Shown: positions 1 through 12,230 of the stretch, piece after piece
Position numbering within the stretch: the first letter of the stretch is position 1
How the letters are laid out: every line of letters begins with the position of its first letter
Assembly: GCA_973895155.1 (NCBI GenBank)
Contig: OZ316893.1
Coordinates: forward strand, 21,870,955 to 21,934,954
Direction: 5' to 3'
Length of the DNA stretch: 64,000 nucleotides
DNA from: Marsupella aquatica
Taxonomy: Eukaryota; Plantae; Marchantiophyta
Notes under the pieces: model-generated
What the model was told of the DNA's origin: nothing
Databases searched by the model: none
What the model saw: the letters and a program-made list of their open reading frames with translations, nothing else
Made by a program: the position numbers and the translations under genes

Positions 1-2746
1 GCACTTTCCCACTGGCTGCCATCTTCTTCTTTGGGATCATCGCCTAGATGCTCACTTTGTGAATTCCATTCGCTTGCATTCCCTCTGTCATCCTCCAATT
101 GCCTGGAACCATCACCTTCACGGCCCCCTTTCATGGAGGACTGTTGACCATCTTGCTCCCACTTTCTCCTCAGCCTTTCCAGAACCTCATCTTTTGTTGC
201 TAACCTAGGTTCAGATTCTCCATAACCTCTGGTGGCTTGGGCACCCCAGCTCCAGCCTTCTCTCCTATCAGGTTGAGGGAACCTAGAATTGTTTGACCTC
301 TGCTCACCTCTACGAAGACCCGAAGCATCTTCATCTGTATTAGCGGACCTGTAAGTGTCAGGTAGCACCACGTCTCTTATTTGCAAAGCATCTATGGCAG
401 CCTTCAGGCTTTCAGCTTCCTGCACAACTTGTTTGCAGCTTTCCTCGTCATCCTCAGCATCGCGAAAAAAGGCCTTGCTAGATTTGAGAAATGCCTCGAC
501 CTCGACCCTAAGATTTACTAGAATCATGGTCTTTTCTTCAATATCTAACCTCGCTTCCGCAAGCTTCATCTGGACCCTTTCCTCTCGCCATACCTCCGCC
601 ATCTGCAACATCTTCCTTTCCTCTTCTACTTCCTCTCTAACCTTAGCAGCTTCGCGCTTTAGTTCCTCAACCTCCTGCTTGTCCTCTCCTATCTCCCTTG
701 CGAGCTCATTACATACATCTTCCATGAGCTCCCGTGTTTTTTTCTCCTTCTCCAATTCCTGAATAGCTTTAGCAATGGTAATGTTTGCATCCACCAACTC
801 TCGAGAGATCTTCCTATTTACAGACTCTACTCTCCATCTTGCCTTCTTCTCCTCCTCGGCTTCCACCTTCACTGCTTGCACAGCAGACCTGATCTTCTCT
901 TGCTCCCTATTTCGCAAAGAAAGTTTCTCCTCGGTCAGTTTCTTCAAAAGATTGTAGATCTCTCTTCGAGCTTTTTTGTGTGCAAGCTCCAGCTCGTGTG
1001 CTCGAGCCCTGACACGTTCCAATTCTATGCGGAGGTCAGCCACCACAGATGACTGTGCTGCGTGATGTTCTTGGATATCTCGGATCTGATTCAAAGAAGC
1101 CAACTCCACATTCAGAGACAATTTTCTAAAACTTGGAACTCAAAAAACCTCTTGACATTGGAGGAAGGAAATACATACCATGTAAGACCCAGGTTTGGGT
1201 TGTCCCAGCTGAGTGATCCTTGAATCGGCTCTTTCCTTGAAAAGTCTATGTACATGAGACCGCAATGCTGCATTCTGCCTATTGCTTGTAGATTGGGATT
1301 CAGAGCTCTTCTTCACACTCTCCCAGGCCTGCCAAGACACAGTTCTGCCAGGTCAGCGTGGGTAAGACAACATACAGGGATTGATGGTAGCGTGGAAGTC
1401 AGCAGCTGGTGTGTATTAAAAGGGTACAAATGTCTGACATCTCCCGTCGGTGGAATTAAGGCAGTAAGAACTTGAGAGCGAAGAGAGGCTAAAGTCGATT
1501 AGTTCAGTCGCGCAAGAAACGATTCCAGGAACCCAACATTGCTAGCAACCAAGAAAACAGGATAGAGCAACTGAATAATCCCGAAGGGAGTGTAAGTCCA
1601 TTGTAACAGACAAGACACATGTTGAATGTTGAGCTCTGAGTATGCAAAAAGTTAAGTCTTCCGGCACATGAACCGATCACCTTAAGTTAGAAACCAAAGT
1701 CCACGACGAAGACACGGTAAACAACGTGCACACGGCGGCACTAGATGAATAAAAGACAGGAAGGTTGTTATCCAGGTGGGTTAACAAGAGGGAAGGCTTA
1801 GAGAAATTCAGCTCAATCAAGGGCCAACAGATCATACGAAGAATCATAACAGGAGGAATACCGAATTACAGGAGGCAGTTTCTGTCAACTAATAGTTCTA
1901 TTTGAGGGTCAGAGGCGAAGAGTCGAGATTGTTAGATGCGAAAGCCAGAGAGAGCCAATCAGTTAAACCCAGAGAGATGGGACATAGAAATGTTGACTGA
2001 GGAAAGGACTTGAATGAACAGAATCTAAGACGAATCATTTCCACTCCAAGAAGAAATTCCGATCCCTCCTCCTGGATCTTCAAATAAGTACAGAGTGAAA
2101 CGTCACCTATCATTCATGAGAATCATTTGCGAAGACAAGAAAACCAGGCGCCATGGACTCCTACCTTGTTCGGATGTTGTAGCGAAATCCTGGAATCCTT
2201 GGCCGTGGTAGCTTGCTGATTGTGGAAGAAAGTCGGATGAGGAGGTGAAGGAGAAGCATGCTTGCTACAATTGTTGCTCTCAGCGAGCGCAAGGAGATGG
2301 TTCCTCGCTTTCTTAGATGAAGGAGAGGAAGATCTGTGCTGGAGACATAAGCAAGCTGGAGCCTTGCTGGAGGCCGCAGCTGCAGCCATGGAGAAAGGAA
2401 ACTCCTGCAGCTCCCAAAGCGTGGCAGCGAGCTTCCGAGCAGACACTGCAATGCCCCGCCCCGCTCCGCCTTTACTGCCGTTATGTTGCTGCTGCTGCGC
2501 GGCCGCTGCTGCAGCAGCAGCAGCGATTCCATCGTAGAAAGGGTTCTCATACAGTTTCCATCGAGGAACAGGAGTGCAAGGTCCCCCAATAGACTTCCTC
2601 CCACCTAGAAGTGGCTTTTTCAGTCTCAAGTTGCTGTTTATAGGGGGCCAAACGTCATCCCCCCCTCCTCTCCTCAACGAAGCTCCATTTTGATTGCTAT
2701 TGTCGTTACTGCTATGAAGCTGATTCTGTTGCTGTACCATCACCAT
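1..2746 (-). CDS. At5g41620/BRANCHLESS TRICHOMES-like plant coiled-coil protein (multi-exon, 3' end beyond the window)
   Basis: Exon 1 (2746..2165, donor AAG|GTAG) contains PVPRWKL and VSARKLAATLWEL. The large exon below ~1130 reads RELMEDVCNELAREIGEDKQEVEELKREAAKVREEVEEERKMLQMAEVWREERVQMKLAEAR, typical of this family. Internal exon boundaries between ~1130 and 2164 are not resolved. Confidence 0.85.
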
Positions 2747-3199
2747 CTACTACCGTACGCCTGGTGGCTCACAAACTCCTGTCGAAGAAATTAGAATCTC
2801 AGCTGCACCCGTCCAAAGCAAACGTTCTGGATAGCAGCAGAGCTCTGTCGTCTGGGGAATACCGAAACCCAATCACCATACTGACTCTTCCACACTGGAG
2901 AAGCAGCTATTGTACCATCTCGACTCTAAATCCCATTTCTCTCCAGTCTTTTCCTGGTTTAGTACTGAGGTAGTGGTCGGGTGTGCGTGAAGTTCAAGTG
3001 TACTGCTTTGAAGCTCAAAAGCAAGTATGAGAGATCCTTTGCGTCCCAGAGCTCGTACGTAGCCTTCAAGGCCTTTTAATCGCTTTCCGAACCATAACAC
3101 ATTAGGGCCAAACTTGAGGACCGTACTGTGCAGAGGTTTGAAATTAAAATACTCGTGATGCGGGCAAGTGCGTTACTAGTGCAAAGGTCTTGGGTATGA

Positions 3200-5900
3200 G
3201 TCACCAACTATGAAAGGAACCACAATTTTCCGATCAATCTGCATCAGAATTCAGTCCAACTCGTATGCCAGATCTGTGGTCCTTGGACCCATCCAACTAT
3301 TACGAGACAGAATAGGCCACTCAAAATTTCGCCTAGACGCGGATATGAAGGGGTTGAGATTAGAATTACAGTACTTGAGGAACATGTGTATGGATTTCGG
3401 AAGATCCAGAACCTCGGGGAGACCTGGGAGAGCAGGCTCCAAAATCGGTAAGGCCATCAACATCATTCTCCAAAAGGTCACAGCTACAACGTGAGGCAAT
3501 GGAAAACATTCTTTGTCCCAAGGTGGTCGAAAATCGTTTTGGGGTGTGGTTAAGGTCAATTACTGTCACTCTGCAAAAACAATGAAAGGACATAGTTATG
3601 GAACCAATATCCAAACCACAGAGTTTGGATCAGCAAGCTCAACTGTTCAAAATTACAATCAATCAGTGCTGCAAAAAAAGAAATTTATTGCAAGCTCACT
3701 GAGAACAAGACAAAGGTCTGCTGGACTAGTATATCTCAAAGACCCGGTGAAAGATAATTAAAGTTCTCACATGAAGAGTCACGACCCTTTTAATCTTAAA
3801 GAAATTTGTGAAGCAGAGCTTAAGGTGACGAGCAAGCAAACAGCGAAGAGGACTCTAGGCACCCCGCGCGCAGCAGCATTGCAGCACGTGATGAGACTAT
3901 GGAGCTGATGGGCAAGGTGATCGAAGCACCTCTGCTTCATCCCGCTGGGGACCTGAACATCAGGGAGACTGTAGCGGCACTGGGCAGGGGTGATGACAGC
4001 AACTCTACTGCATCCGCTGAGGATACGGTCGACGTCAAGGAGACTACAGAGGTGATGGGCAAGGGTGGAGGAAGCATCTCCGGAAAAGAAATGGAGGTCA
4101 AGCCCCTAGGGGTCGCCCCAGAAATGGTTGAAGCTAGCAGTAGCGTGCTAAGCCAAGATCACAGCGGCGTATCGTCCGGCAGAAGTGGAATACATTGGCC
4201 TTCTGGACTTGGGCTGTCGAAACAAATAGCGTTGGTCCCACAGTGAAGTCTGCGAGGCTTCTCGAGTAGCAGCAAGGAATGGAGAGTGCCTAGTTGTACG
4301 GGGTCAGTGCAAAACATCCTTTCCATCACCACTGGATCAGTCGATGGCTATGAGTCAAGTGAAATTTACAAATACTTGCAAGCAAACAACTGTGCCAATA
4401 CGGCAAAGTTAGTACCTAAGGTCAAGTCGGTATGAGCCTCAGCAGGGATGATCCTAGTTTTAGAAGAGTCTAAGACCTCCTCACCTTCGAAGCTGTCCTT
4501 CCGAGCAGTTTTCTGGGGATATATACTAGTAGTTGCTGACCTGGAGGCATTCCGAGGGGAAACCTAAGGGGGTGCTTTGGTCCCAGACTGAATCGCGATT
4601 GTGTTTGCGTGTAACCCTCTCGAATTCCAGCTGGAATGCTTGTAAATACGCGAGGACGTCCAGATCAGGAAAGCAACGCACCTGATGCTCTCTGGCGTTT
4701 GCTCCGTGGAGACCCACGAATGGCCGGTCCGTTCCACAACTCTCCACAACAGTAGTGTCAGATCCAAAAGTCTCACAGCAAACACGAAGTGCCAGCCAAG
4801 CCAGTCACCTCATCTGGGCGCAGCTCGAAAAGGAGTCACCAGTAAGGTACTGCACGCACCCCAAAATGGACTACAGATCTGCACATTAAGCAATCCCCAG
4901 TCTTAAAGCACACTCCACATAACAGACATTGGATTCAGAGAATGCCCAGAAAATTTCTGATAACGGATTGCATAAACAAAGGGCCGGGAAACCCCACCCA
5001 CCTAAAATGCACTACCTTATAAAACACAGCAATGTGCACTTAGTGTCCTCATCTGGTAATACGACGAGAATGTATGCAAGAGAAATGAGAAGTCCAGTTA
5101 TGTTCGGCCAGCCGAGATTTGAGATTAGCAGGTTCTATCTTGGATCATGCAGTAGCCTACCTTCAGTAGCTTGCAGACGAACAGCCAGCGAGGAAGAGCC
5201 CAGAAGGAGTGATTCACTTCAGGCTAAACATTGAGCCGAGCGGCGATGATGACCGTTTGGCAGGCGTCGATTAGAAGAGGACCTCCAAACCTGACGGTCT
5301 TCACATACCCCGTACAATTTGTTCTGGTCGAAAAGAGATAATAGTTGTAGGGCTTGCGGCCCGGCGCTTTGTGATCAATTCCAGGTACGTCCTGCACTGC
5401 AAACACCGAGAGCGGAGGCCGCTGATGAACCGCGTTGACAATGTGCCACTCTGGAAATGTCGAAGAGAACATTAAGAATCGTCAAACAATGCCAGGAGTA
5501 AAGAGCAGAACCCAAACTACCGCACCTGATACGTGCTTGTGTGAGCTCGGCGGAAACTGAAAGCCAGGCAGGTCAATTAATCTGGTCCGAGCTCTCCATA
5601 TCAGCAATTCCGTTTCACAAACCTTCCAAGCCAACAAGCGGTGGTGGAGTGGCAAAGGCTCCACTCACATCTGTCACATGATCTGGAGATACCTCGAACG
5701 GAGGCACCCATAACTCACGCACCCGAAACCAGGCGAAAAGGCACATGATCTGGAGATACCTCCAACAGAGGCAACCATTACTCAATCACGCACCCAAAAG
5801 CATGCTGAAATGCAGGAAGCTTCCCGACGCAATAGTCGAGCTCGAGACGACACCAAAACCTCTGTGACCACCCAAGAGTGATCAACCAAGAGTCTACTGT
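3200..5900 (-). mobile_element. Degenerate LINE retrotransposon remnant (ORF1/DUF4283-like and 3' fragments)
   Basis: Broken minus-strand frames include GGPLLIDACQTVII...FWALP (DUF4283-like), a CLLCG knuckle-like piece near 4920 and LIQTLWFGYW near 3620. Many stops and frameshifts; boundaries approximate. Confidence 0.45.
5676..5810. repeat. Imperfect tandem duplication, ~66 bp unit
   Basis: CACATGATCTGGAGATACCTC...TCACGCACCC occurs twice in tandem. Confidence 0.8.
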
Positions 5901-6970
5901 ACTCCCCTAAAAGGCGTTTGTCTGCAATGTGCCTAGATCAGTGCATTCCATTATGATTTCCATAGCTTAGAAGTCGTTCTTCCACTCTTTGGTACAGGTA
6001 TTCACGTGACAGATCCAGATCAGGCGCTGGCATAACAATAATTCTATTGTTCTACAGTCGGAGCAGTGAGGCCGTGAGCGAGGGCATTGCCGGCCCTTTC
6101 TCCCCGCCTTGTTTCCCGATCCCGGCGTTCGTGCTTTCCGAGCGGGACGTGGTGGGTGGCCTGCTGCACGACTGATATAGTTCGGCCGTGTTTTGGTACC
6201 GGGTGTCCGGGTTCGCTCTGTCGCCGGTACCGGCGAGGGTACCGTTGCGGGCCCACAGTCCTGAGCATCGGTGTTTGCTTCCCGTGTTTTGGGCAGGTGG
6301 CATTTACGGCGAGTTAAGATGCCTCCGCTGACGAAAACCATTGTGCTTTGACTTGTACGGTTATATTGGGGCCGTTCGATCTGGGTAGAGTCAGATCTGG
6401 ACGGTTGGATTTTTCGTGAATGTGGATAAAACGTTTTAGCACACTCGTATCATTTAAAACCAAAACAAAGGCCCAGATGGAATGAGACATTGTCCCAGCC
6501 CATCCCCATCCCCATGGACTGCATAAAGGGATTGTTGTTTTTAAACCAAAATGAAAAAATAACAAGTTGCAGATCACAATTGATGACTTTGACTGCCTGG
6601 GGGAGAAAATAGTCAAGACTAATGGTGATCCTGAGTAATGGGATGATGTCTTGATGTCTTGCAACTTCAAGGTAGTCAAGTCATCAAGTTACTGAGAAAC
6701 CTGGTTCGGTGATGTAATTGAAACGGGCTGCAAATGGTAAGGAACCCAATTACAGGTCACACTAGTCAAAGGTGTAAACAGTGTTATCTAAGTCCATTTA
6801 GATCTCTATTTAGATGTTCATCCAAGCTTTGCCACTCCATTTGGGCTTCATAGACAAAGTGGAGGTCCATCCGGGCTTTAGTTTCTTTAAAACCCTGCAC
6901 TTGGTAGCAAATGTGCAGAAATTAATTTGCCCATTTAAAGAACACTGTTGGGCATTGACTTCTGTTAGCA

Positions 6971-6991
6971 CCCCCCCCCCCCCCCCCCCCC
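6971..6991. repeat. Poly-C homopolymer (21 nt)
   Basis: Directly visible. Confidence 0.95.
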
Positions 6992-8873
6992 TTTCCCCCT
7001 CTTCTTCTCTTTGGGTGGCCGTCTTCTTGTAGGTGTGGCCACCACTTTGGGCAGTGAATCAGCCGCACCGGGAGCTCTTGTGACCTCTCGTGAGTGGTGT
7101 AATCTCTGGTTTGAGGTTCTTTGCGTTGGACATCCCTTCTTCATTTGTTTTGCATTTGTCTCTTCACCTTTCTTTCCACCCCTTTGTTTTCCTGGGCTGT
7201 GCTTCCCTGATGGAGTCTCATGTTTGAGTGACCACAAGCAATCAATTGTCTCCCCTCCATCATCCCCCCTGGCTTCATCTCCTGTCCCCTCTCAGTCCTG
7301 GGGAAGACATGGACTTGTTGATGGATGACTTTATGGAGCAGGTACCAAGTGTCCTTTGCCTAGAAAATCCTTCACACTCAGCGCAAGCACAACTACCCTT
7401 TGCTCTTGTGTCTCTCATCAATCCCTTCACTTCATGATTCCGCAGTTTGTCATCAGGACTCAGATTTCCAACTGGTGACCTGGGGGCAATCTCCCTCCTC
7501 TAGATTGGGTCCAATAGGGAAGGTTCCCAATATTGGCTATCTCTTTTAAACTGGAACCAAGAGGTAGAAAATGACACCTCTTCAAGTTGTAATCCAGACA
7601 TTAGCTGCAGGGGAGATTATTGAAATTGCATTATTTGATTTGTTGAATCAAATAATATATCTAAGGACATTATAATGGTTAGCACAGGCTTGTTCTATGG
7701 TAGTTTTTTTCTCAACCTTCATGTCGACCAGTCATGTTATGTACTCACATTCAGTGACATTGAAAACAACCATAATCTATGTACTTATAGCCTTGCAGCT
7801 TCAAAAACTGGACAAAGAAATTCAGACTAAGAGAATAGTGTCACAATGAAATCAAGCAAGAGAGAGTTGCTCAGTCTGCTTCGCTGATTACACCACCCAA
7901 CCCATCCCCCTCCCCTAAGGGAGTTCCCTGAGGTAGTTGTTTACTTCTACTTGCAATGGCCTGGAGGACTTGGGGGTTAACTTAGTGAACATTTTGGGAT
8001 ACTACGTGCAATCAGTGTTTACTATAAGTAATCATATTTTATAAAAAAAGTTTTTTACAAATATTCTCTATTCATCCTTAATGACCTGTTTGTTTAAGAA
8101 ACATATAAAAAAGAATATATGTTTCAACATTCTAAGGTTATAATACCTTGTTTTACCTTCTACGATCTTAAAAATTTGTGCAAATATCACTTGATTATAC
8201 CCATTTTCACTCACGCTTGGTTCTGATGAATTTCCGTAGTCGACCTGATGAGGTGGAGAATCACTGGGTTTTGCTACCCAGCCCTTCAGACTTCCCGGTT
8301 CCATTTGTCACTTGGAGAAGTTTGGGCCCTAAAATTTTTGTGTTTCTCAGAAGGACCAGTTCCGGCCAGAAATTTGTGGCTACATGAGATGATGTTGTTT
8401 TCAACCTTCAATTGTGCATGTATATTTTCTTGCTGAAAATATTTTTCTGTCTGTAAGTTGCTGAAATGCAAGAAAGTGGCTCTACATTTGAGAATCAACG
8501 AAGATGGGTCAGTTTTGGGACTCGCCTCCACGGAATTGTCGGTTTTTTCGCTTCCCCTGTTTCTGAACTCTACCTCTATTTTCTAGTTGTGCCTTGAATT
8601 CAGACTATAACTTGCAAGAATGACAAAGTGGCCGTCAATGGTGAAGCTGAGGCTTATGGTTCTGATATAATTAAATTTGTTGGCATGATGTTCAGGTTGT
8701 TAGCAGGTTGAATTATGCTGGGGTCACTGGTGTGATAATCAATTGATTGGCTTTCCACGAACTGTTAAAGACATGATCAGGGTCATATCAGACGGGGCCA
8801 ACGACACACACGGGACAATCAAACATTGAGACACATAGAAGGTATTTATACTGGCAAGCTGTCTGTTGACACC

Positions 8874-8941
8874 AATGGAGATGTTGTTCTTACTTAGTTT
8901 ATAAGAATGGAGATGTTGTTCTTACTTAGTTTATAAGAATG
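8874..8941. repeat. Exact 32 bp tandem duplication
   Basis: AATGGAGATGTTGTTCTTACTTAGTTTATAAG x2. Confidence 0.95.
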
Positions 8942-9229
8942 AAGAAGCAATGTACTAACTCCGTCGTTTACCAAGTCAGCGTATGAAAAGCTTGACGAGA
9001 ACCCGGATCTCGGAGACGGAATAGGCTCCAGAATTTCCAATTTTATAGAACTAATCTTTGTCTATGTTTACACTTTGGCAGTGAACAGTTTCCAATTCGT
9101 TGTTCTGCTGAGATTGAGATTGAGGTTGAAGTCTGCAATTCCTAAATTTTCCTATGCTCCATGTAGTTTGGACAGAGATGGGGAGAATAAAAATTCAAAG
9201 ACATTGCCAAGTACCAGGGGATGAGACCT

Positions 9230-10263
9230 TGGACCCTCTGGACCGAACTTCAAAAGCTCCACTCCACATTACGGTAAGTTCTACAAGCCCCAAGCAAGGC
9301 ATTCCAAGTCACTTCATCTGGAATGTTCCAGTGGCATGTCATTGATGAAGAGCTTTGCTTCATCCGAATGTCCGCCCTGCCCAGGAAGATTCACCATGCA
9401 CGTACAATGCACAATGTCTGGCTCGATCCCATAATCTTGCGACATAGCTAAAAAGAGTCTACGGCCGTCATCAACAAGGCCTCCATGATAACAGGCTGAC
9501 AACACTGCCACAACGAATAATTATCGGGCTTCACACCGTTTCTGGTCATTTTTCTAAAAAACTCCAGGGCTTCATTCCCACATCCATGTTGTGCAAGTCC
9601 ACAGATCATTACATTCCATGTGTCTACATCGCGTTTCTCCATTTTGTCAAACACTCGTCGGGCATCATCTATACTCCCACTCTCTGCATACATGTGAACC
9701 AGTGCATTGCCTACACGCAAATCTGACTCCACTCCCGCTTTGCTAGCCTGGCCATGGACGTCCTTCACCCATTCCAAAGCCCCTCACAGGAAGCTGCATT
9801 GAGGATGATCGCGTCAGTGAATGAAACTGGTTTTAAACCTTCCCGTCTCATTTGGAGAAGCAGTCGATATGCTTCCACACCATGACCACGTCCTGCATAC
9901 GCTACAATCATAATATTCCATGTATTGACATTTGTATTGCTCAACTTTTCAAAATCTTTCCTTGCCTCGGTGATGCACCCACATTTCTCGTACATCAGTA
10001 AGAGGGCAACCCTACACGCAGGCGCATTTGATTAAAAAGTTCCGTGCATCCAACAATCCTCTGCATTTGAGACACATTGAAGAGCACGATTGCCACATGT
10101 GGATTCTTATCAATTTCACTCTCGATGATGCAATCATGAATTTGCTGGCTGCTGAAAGGTCTTTCTGTTGCGAGCAAATTCGCAGAACGTTCTTCGGAGT
10201 AATCAAATTCACCCTTGCCTGAATCCATGCTGGAGTTAACCATCCATCCGCTTTCCTTGTCAT
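9230..10263 (-). pseudogene. PLS-class pentatricopeptide repeat (RNA-editing-factor type) pseudogene
   Basis: Consecutive fragments in shifting frames: LRICSQQKDLSAA / QIHDCIIESEIDKNPHV / MYEKCGCITEARKDFEKL...WNIMIVAYAGRGHGVEA / EWVKDVHGQASKAGVESDLRVGNALVHMYAESGSIDDARRVFDKM / AVLSACYHGGLVDDGRRLFLAMSQDYGIEPDIVHCTCMV. Several frameshifts; breaks off at the start of the E region, no DYW domain visible. Confidence 0.9.
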
Positions 10264-11669
10264 CTTCTGATTGAACTCAGGTTCTCTGGGCTTCCTCTGT
10301 CAGCACCACAACCCACCATCAGATATGGACCAGGAAAAAATTTCAGGAGATTCCACGAGGTGCAATCAATTTGACCTTATTCTTGAGGACTATGTTTCCC
10401 AATGATCTTTTTACAATGAATGTTCAGAAATAGCAGACCAGTAAGTCTCTCGAGTTCTACGACTAGGATGCACGCCTACTTCCGTCCAAAGATGTATTTC
10501 TTGTCGCCCTTGCTCTGCTGTGATCTTTGGTACAGATAACTTGCAAAATTTACATGACTCCTTTTCAACTGAGAGTAACGGCTATCTGTCAACAATGCAA
10601 TGATCTTAGACAAGAATACTGAATAACTGTGAAAGGCATATCCAGGTAGCTCAAGTATCAATAAGCTCGTTCATACTCGGTATTTCACTGTAACCCCAAA
10701 GGACAGAGTCAAGACCCTATCGAATTGGCACTACAAAACTTCATCAAGCAGTCCCATCTTTTCCTTCGGTTGTGTATAGGATAGACTCTTAGGGCACCTT
10801 GACAGGCGTTCATTTATAAGTTGCTTACACTGTCCTTTCTGTGCTATACCCAAACCAGAATCTCAGAATTTGTAGATTGGCTCTATAGAATCCATTGTGA
10901 TTAGGCACAGTTGCAATGAACGTGAAAGCGCTCTCCCCTCCTTTTCAAGCCTATCCAGCATTCTTTAAGTGGCTTTCTTTAAGTGGCTTTATACAATCCA
11001 TCGAGAGTAGAGATGAATGTGACAGGCCCCCACTCTCTGTGAAAATGAATCAAAATTGAAGTTCAAGTCAAGTCTTCATCACGTAAGCCTCATTGCAGGA
11101 AATTCATGCGACTATTATGTCACACCATGGTGCTGGAACAAGGGGTTTTGTTTAAAAGTAGGTAAGCACAACATTGAAATCGTTTTTCAGTCTCATTACC
11201 AATACCAATCAAACCGGAAGATGACCGATGAACTCACTGCAAATCAAACGTCTTTGTTGAGAATGTATTCAAGGTCGTTTGGTCACATCATAATCCACAA
11301 AATCTGCATACAAAATTAATCATGCCTGGCTGTGGAGTGTTGCCTAAAGCGGTCCATATCCAAAAAGTCTATTGCGTCAGCTCCATTCCCGCGCTGGGAG
11401 TAGAGAGCTCAATTGTACAGTTGTAAGAAATATGATCTTACCTGTTTGACAAACGTTCAAATCAGTCGAAGTAGTGCAATCTTTTAGAGCCCTCAAAATT
11501 CAAGTCACATCTTTCCTTCTCCTTGGACTAAGGAAAGAATATCACTAGGTGAAGGCTCTGTTGGGGAAACCTTACACGGGTAGAGGAATCTCAGCTCAAC
11601 GTAACAGTTGGAGGTATCCCTGGAAGCAGTGGCAGTATCTTCTCCAGGATCACTTCCGCCTGCAGTAAG

Positions 11670-12230
11670 AGTTCAGAAATGCTGTACTGTTTTAAGAATT
11701 ATCCCAGCTTTGCCATCCAAACTTGAGAATAAACTACAAGTTTTGAGAGAAAAAGTATGGGAATTCTTTTTTTCAAATTCCAAAGCAACCACCGCCATAC
11801 CTGCCCTTTGACAAACTTTGGCGCAGGTGCTCTTGTTTATCGCCCTCCAAGAAATAACCCTTTCTAACCAAATTGTCCTACATACCAAACGTAAAATTGA
11901 CGAAATTTCTTCAAACAAGAACTTGTGTACAACGGATATGCGGACCGTGTAAGTAGCAAATTGGGCAGGCTCGACAACTCATTCAGAACAACAAGTTGAA
12001 GCAAGTGGGTACAAGATTTGTGATGGGCAATAAAAGAAGCTCCTAATCCGAGATATCCTCGAAGTTGCACATGTCTGAAAAAACAAGGCAAATGCACATA
12101 ATTGCAGGCAGCAGGAGACGACACGCAAGATTTGAGCAGGACTTGAATCAGCATGGGGAGACTAAAAGTATTCCGGGCTGAAAACGAGATTCTATCCCGC
12201 TTCCTCTGGACAAGTTAATTGATCAACAGC
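11670..12230 (-). mobile_element. LINE ORF2 C-terminal remnant
   Basis: LVCRTIWLER resembles the IWxERN motif that follows the zf-RVT region of plant LINE ORF2. Degenerate. Confidence 0.35.

Noticed and set aside
355-957. + strand Ser/Leu/Phe-rich ORFs
   Set aside because: Antisense shadows of the - strand coiled-coil exon.
3899-4246. 115-aa + strand ORF as a gene
   Set aside because: No domain; lies antisense within the probable LINE remnant.
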